Assembly (NCBI RefSeq): GCF_004010195.1
Contig: NC_057718.1
Span: forward strand, 54,312,972-54,376,971
Origin: Chiloscyllium plagiosum
Lineage: Eukaryota
DNA length: 64,000 nt
Direction of reading: 5' to 3'
Each line of letters begins with the position of its first letter. Position 1 is the stretch's first letter. The position numbers were made by a program, and so were the translations under genes. Shown here piece by piece: positions 60,737-64,000 of this stretch. The notes beneath the pieces are model-generated. The model had not been told where the DNA came from and searched no databases. It was given only the letters and a program-made list of their open reading frames with translations.

Positions 60737-61464
60737 TGTGATTATTGGCTTGTACAGAGGGGAGAAGAGCCAATTCTTTCGTAATTCACAAGTCACTTTA
60801 TTAATATATTAGACAATACACATGCAGCTTTATACGCTTTATCGCAAACTAGAACCTATTTGTACACCCATTAGGGTCCTCTGACACTCCTTGAGTAGTC
60901 ACAGAATATAAGAGCTAATAGGAGAAAGTGAAGACTGCAGATGCTGGAGATCAGAGCTGAAAATGTGTTGCTGGAAAAGCGCAGCAGGTCAGGCAGCATC
61001 CAAGGAGCAGGAGAATCGACGTTTCGGGCATGATCCCTTCTTCAGCATATAAGAGCTAACACCCGAGCAGGATAGTCACTGGTGCTGACAAGGGCTGACG
61101 CTCCAGACGCTCCGTTCCCTCTCTCTCTTTCTCTCTCTGATGTCGTCACCACATCCTTGACGCAGGGTCTGCTTTCCCGATGGTTGGTCTCTGGAGTTTT
61201 CGCTGGCTCCACACTCAAGTCTTCTTCTTATATTTTCCCTTATTTCCTTCAAGCCGTCCTGTCTCTTTCCCATTGGCTCAGGCTCGTTTGCCTTTACCTT
61301 ATTGGCCCTGGCCCAGGGACTTGGTAATATTACCTCATAATTCTATGTCTAAATAAGGCTTTTGTATTACTTTGCCTTCCTTGCTTTGCACAGAACTTAG
61401 TTGGTACAAACAGGATTCAATCAACCCAGACCAGCAGCTAGACTAAGGACATTCTTAGATCACA
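60737..61464 (-). mobile_element. Solo LTR
   Basis: Ends TGTGAT...ATCACA. On the minus strand, CCAAT (61301-05, 61272-76), ATATAA (61228-33) and AATAAA (60797-802) fall in U3-R-U5 order. No clean TSD. Confidence 0.6.
60919..61046 (-). mobile_element. Solo PLE pLTR with hammerhead core; 13-bp TSD
   Basis: Minus strand reads CTGAAGA-a-GGGA-tcat-GCCC-GAAAC-GTC-gattc. ATATAAGAGCTAA is duplicated at 60906-60918 and 61047-61059. Same family as 6801-6896. Confidence 0.9.
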
Positions 61465-61536
61465 AGCTGTTTTTTTTCCCTACGTGTCATCAGTTTTGCA
61501 TTCAGTATTTGCTGCAGCATGTCAGCAGCTTGTATC

Positions 61537-61575
61537 GTCTCTTTCTCTCTCTCACTCTCTCTCTCTCTCTCTCCC
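61537..61575. repeat. (CT)n microsatellite ending in a CAG acceptor-like site
   Basis: tctctttctctctctcactctctctctctctctctccctgcag. Confidence 0.85.
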
Positions 61576-62859
61576 TGCAGCCACTGGCTAACACTAGCAA
61601 TGACCTGGAGTCTCCTGTGGGAATGCCAAAACCTCCATGTCCCAGAAACAAAGTAAGAAGCATTGGCCCTTGTCATGCTATTATCCCATTTCCATATTGT
61701 GCATTTAAAGTTAACATTACAATGACTACTACTCCCTTGAATGGGACATTCTCTTTTTATTTTGTCTTCAGTAGCTACCAGTTGCTGTTGCGAGGTCTGT
61801 TCCATCTCTGAGGAAGACAACTCCCTCAGAGGAATCGTCGGCAAAGCTGCCTCCTGCGCCTCCTACTGGGTCAGACACTGACATCTCAGTGGGAATTTTA
61901 TCTGAATTAGAGCCAGGACCACTGGTTGAGTTAGCACCTCACTACCATGTCATGATAATTGTCCAAGGTAGAAACACTTGGTGGACTGCCAGAGGACAGG
62001 CACCTGCTGAGCCCAAGTCAAGAGAGGATCCCACAGTCATGGACTTCATTGTCATGCATGGGAAGGAATAGGGATAGCAGGTATGTTTGTCAGACGGGAA
62101 CCTGATTTCAAGATTGGCTTCAAGACTGCAACAATGCCGTTGGGACTTGCAGGCTCAGGCTGGTTGGTAGCCACCATAGAGAACCAGATCCAGCAGTCTC
62201 AGTGTCTGTCAGATATGTGCACAGAGCTGTAATTCATCGCTCCGGCCATTGTTGCCCAGCACCAACCACAAAGTAAGAACATAAGAACTAGGAGAAGGAG
62301 TAGGCCATCCAGCCCTTCGAGACTGCTCCCCAAGGTAATGATCATCATCCTTGTTGCCCCTTCCTCACAAGGAGACAGGGCAGTGACAGAAGGCATCCAG
62401 TTGGAGGACAAAACACGGATAACCAGTACTCCCCTGCACCCGAAGTCTCCTCCACGAACACTCCAGAGGTGACTGGGTCTCCTATCCCTACCCCTCCTGA
62501 CACCCTCGGGAATTCATACTCAAAGACCTGCTTTAGAGCAGGTCACATTCAATATTTATGTGAGCACCATCAGGGTCATCAGACCAAACCTCCAAAATCA
62601 ACAGGTTCCACTGTAGGGCAGGCTTCCTCCACCACAGCTGTAGAACCTGGGACTGTACCAAGATATTGTGGAAGGAGAGGAAAGATTACAACCTTCTGAG
62701 GTCACACAGGCACAATGAGTGAAACACCACTGTAAATATGTTATCACATTTATATATCTTCTAACCTCTAACCTGTGTGAGCGAATCTGTGTCTAAGGTC
62801 AGTTTCTGAAGTTATGGAATTCAATATTGAGTATTCGAGGATATGAAGTGCTTAAGCTT

Positions 62860-63320
62860 AAAATGGGCTGTTGTCCCTCCACTTGCATTGTGCTTTGTTG
62901 GAACACTGCACTAGGCTCAGGATGGAAATATTAGAATGAGAGCAAGGAAAATTATTGAAATGGCAAATATCCAGAAAGTTAGGGTCATTCTACAGAGTGG
63001 AGGTGTTCTTCACCCGGTCTGTATGTAATCTCATCATTGTAAATGAGATCCCATTGTGAACAGCTAATAGAGTGGATTAGATTGAAATGTGCACAAGTGA
63101 AACATTGGAACATGAATTTGGGGACTTGCATAGTGTGGAGGGGGGAGGTGAAAGGCAAAGTGCTAGACCTTTTGCAATTGCTTGAAAAGATACCATGGGG
63201 AAGTGAGGAAGATTTAGGAGTGATGGAGGAGTGGATCAAGATGTCAGACAGGGAATGGCCCCTATAGAGTGCTGACAGTGGAGGGGTGGAAAAGATGGTT
63301 TACTGGTGGCATCCCGTTTT
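62860..63320 (-). mobile_element. Old PLE GIY-YIG region relic
   Basis: ORF 62985..63239(-) reads FTCAHFNLIHSISCSQWDLIYNDE...EHL, a degenerate form of FTC.S.NLIYCI.CS.C.L.YIGE. Confidence 0.65.
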
Positions 63321-64000
63321 TGGTCTCTGCCCAGTGATCGATTAATCCTTCAAGTGGAACTTCTAATTTCAGTGGGACATCACTTGGTTGGTATTGAATA
63401 GGCTGCTCAGCATACACGTTACCAATGAGTATTTAGGAAGTTTGGTGTTTAATTAAACCATGTAATCAAGTTCTTTTCCTTGATTACATCACGGTAGCAA
63501 TTCTTAAATTTACAACTTTGACTACTGTAGCAAGACAGAAATAAATCTCCAGCTGAGTGTCTCCTTCTAATGTCAATTATTAAAATACAAATTAAAAATA
63601 TTTACATTAATTAGCACAGATGTGATCTCATTTACCATGCCAGAATGTGTGCTTAGAGAGCAGGATAAAAATCAAGTGAAATCAAGTTTATTTAGTAACT
63701 GTTATCACTAATTATCAAAAAAAATCTTATATTTATATTACACCTATGCGAAAGTAAAACATTAAGTTAGATCTCAGGACATAGAGTACAGGCAGCTGAA
63801 ATGGCGGAGCTAGGCAAACTGAGATACACAAGAAGCCAGAACTGAAGTTGTGCAGAGCTTTTGGAGCCTTTGGTAAGTGTGTAGGGTGAATTAGGTCATA
63901 GAGACAGGGAAACACTCATTGAGAACATCTAAACTAAGCCCTTTAATCAGACCCTCACAGATACCCTCGCAGATGTGAGTCTGATGGCTGAAACATGAAT

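Larger units (their letters stand above)
60136..62700 (+). pseudogene. PIF/Harbinger Myb/SANT-like DNA-binding gene relic, intron-containing; 3' extent uncertain
   Basis: gccATG at 60136; SCFVDRDLEVLVHRLVKRTVILFP...WSEV...CKHVINDL; donor GTAAG at 60363; acceptor tctctcattccAG at 60638-60639; then EKIAHRR and FEERILVLA. Frameshifts and stops are present. Confidence 0.62.

Noticed and set aside
63975..64000. ctgatggctgaaacat near the window edge as a hammerhead
   Set aside because: The core CUGANGA is incomplete and stem II is absent.

Overview
This is vertebrate nuclear DNA, almost certainly from a shark. That assignment is inferred from HE1-type V-SINEs, HER1/CR1 LINEs and shark-type Penelope repeats. 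The window is repeat-dense, intergenic or intronic, and has a 942-bp assembly gap at 5748-6689. About half of it is decayed transposable elements: many CR1 LINE fragments from several families, L1/Tx1, Rex1/Babar, L2, tRNA-derived SINEs, a fragmented Gypsy pol, a solo LTR, a PIF/Harbinger Myb gene relic, and at least 12 pieces of Penelope-like elements (PLEs). No intact multi-exon host gene is visible. There is one candidate terminal coding exon (12773-12957, +) whose gene I could not identify. Four structures stand out. (1) Minimal hammerhead-ribozyme (HHR) motifs (CUGANGA-stem II-GAAA, then a palindromic ACGU/AGCU-type segment) occur in the terminal repeats of at least three PLE families, several arranged as fold-back palindromes with 12-14 bp target-site duplications (TSDs). 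(2) A roughly 45-copy, 25-bp CpG-rich minisatellite carries a Pol III B-box-like motif in each unit and sits inside a non-autonomous element with a Rex1/Babar-type 3' tail. (3) A three-level nest has a Harbinger Myb gene containing a solo LTR, which contains a hammerhead-bearing PLE repeat. (4) A Gypsy pol appears split by a CR1 at its YxDD motif. All family names come from motif recognition by eye; no database search was run, and the boundaries of old repeats are approximate.
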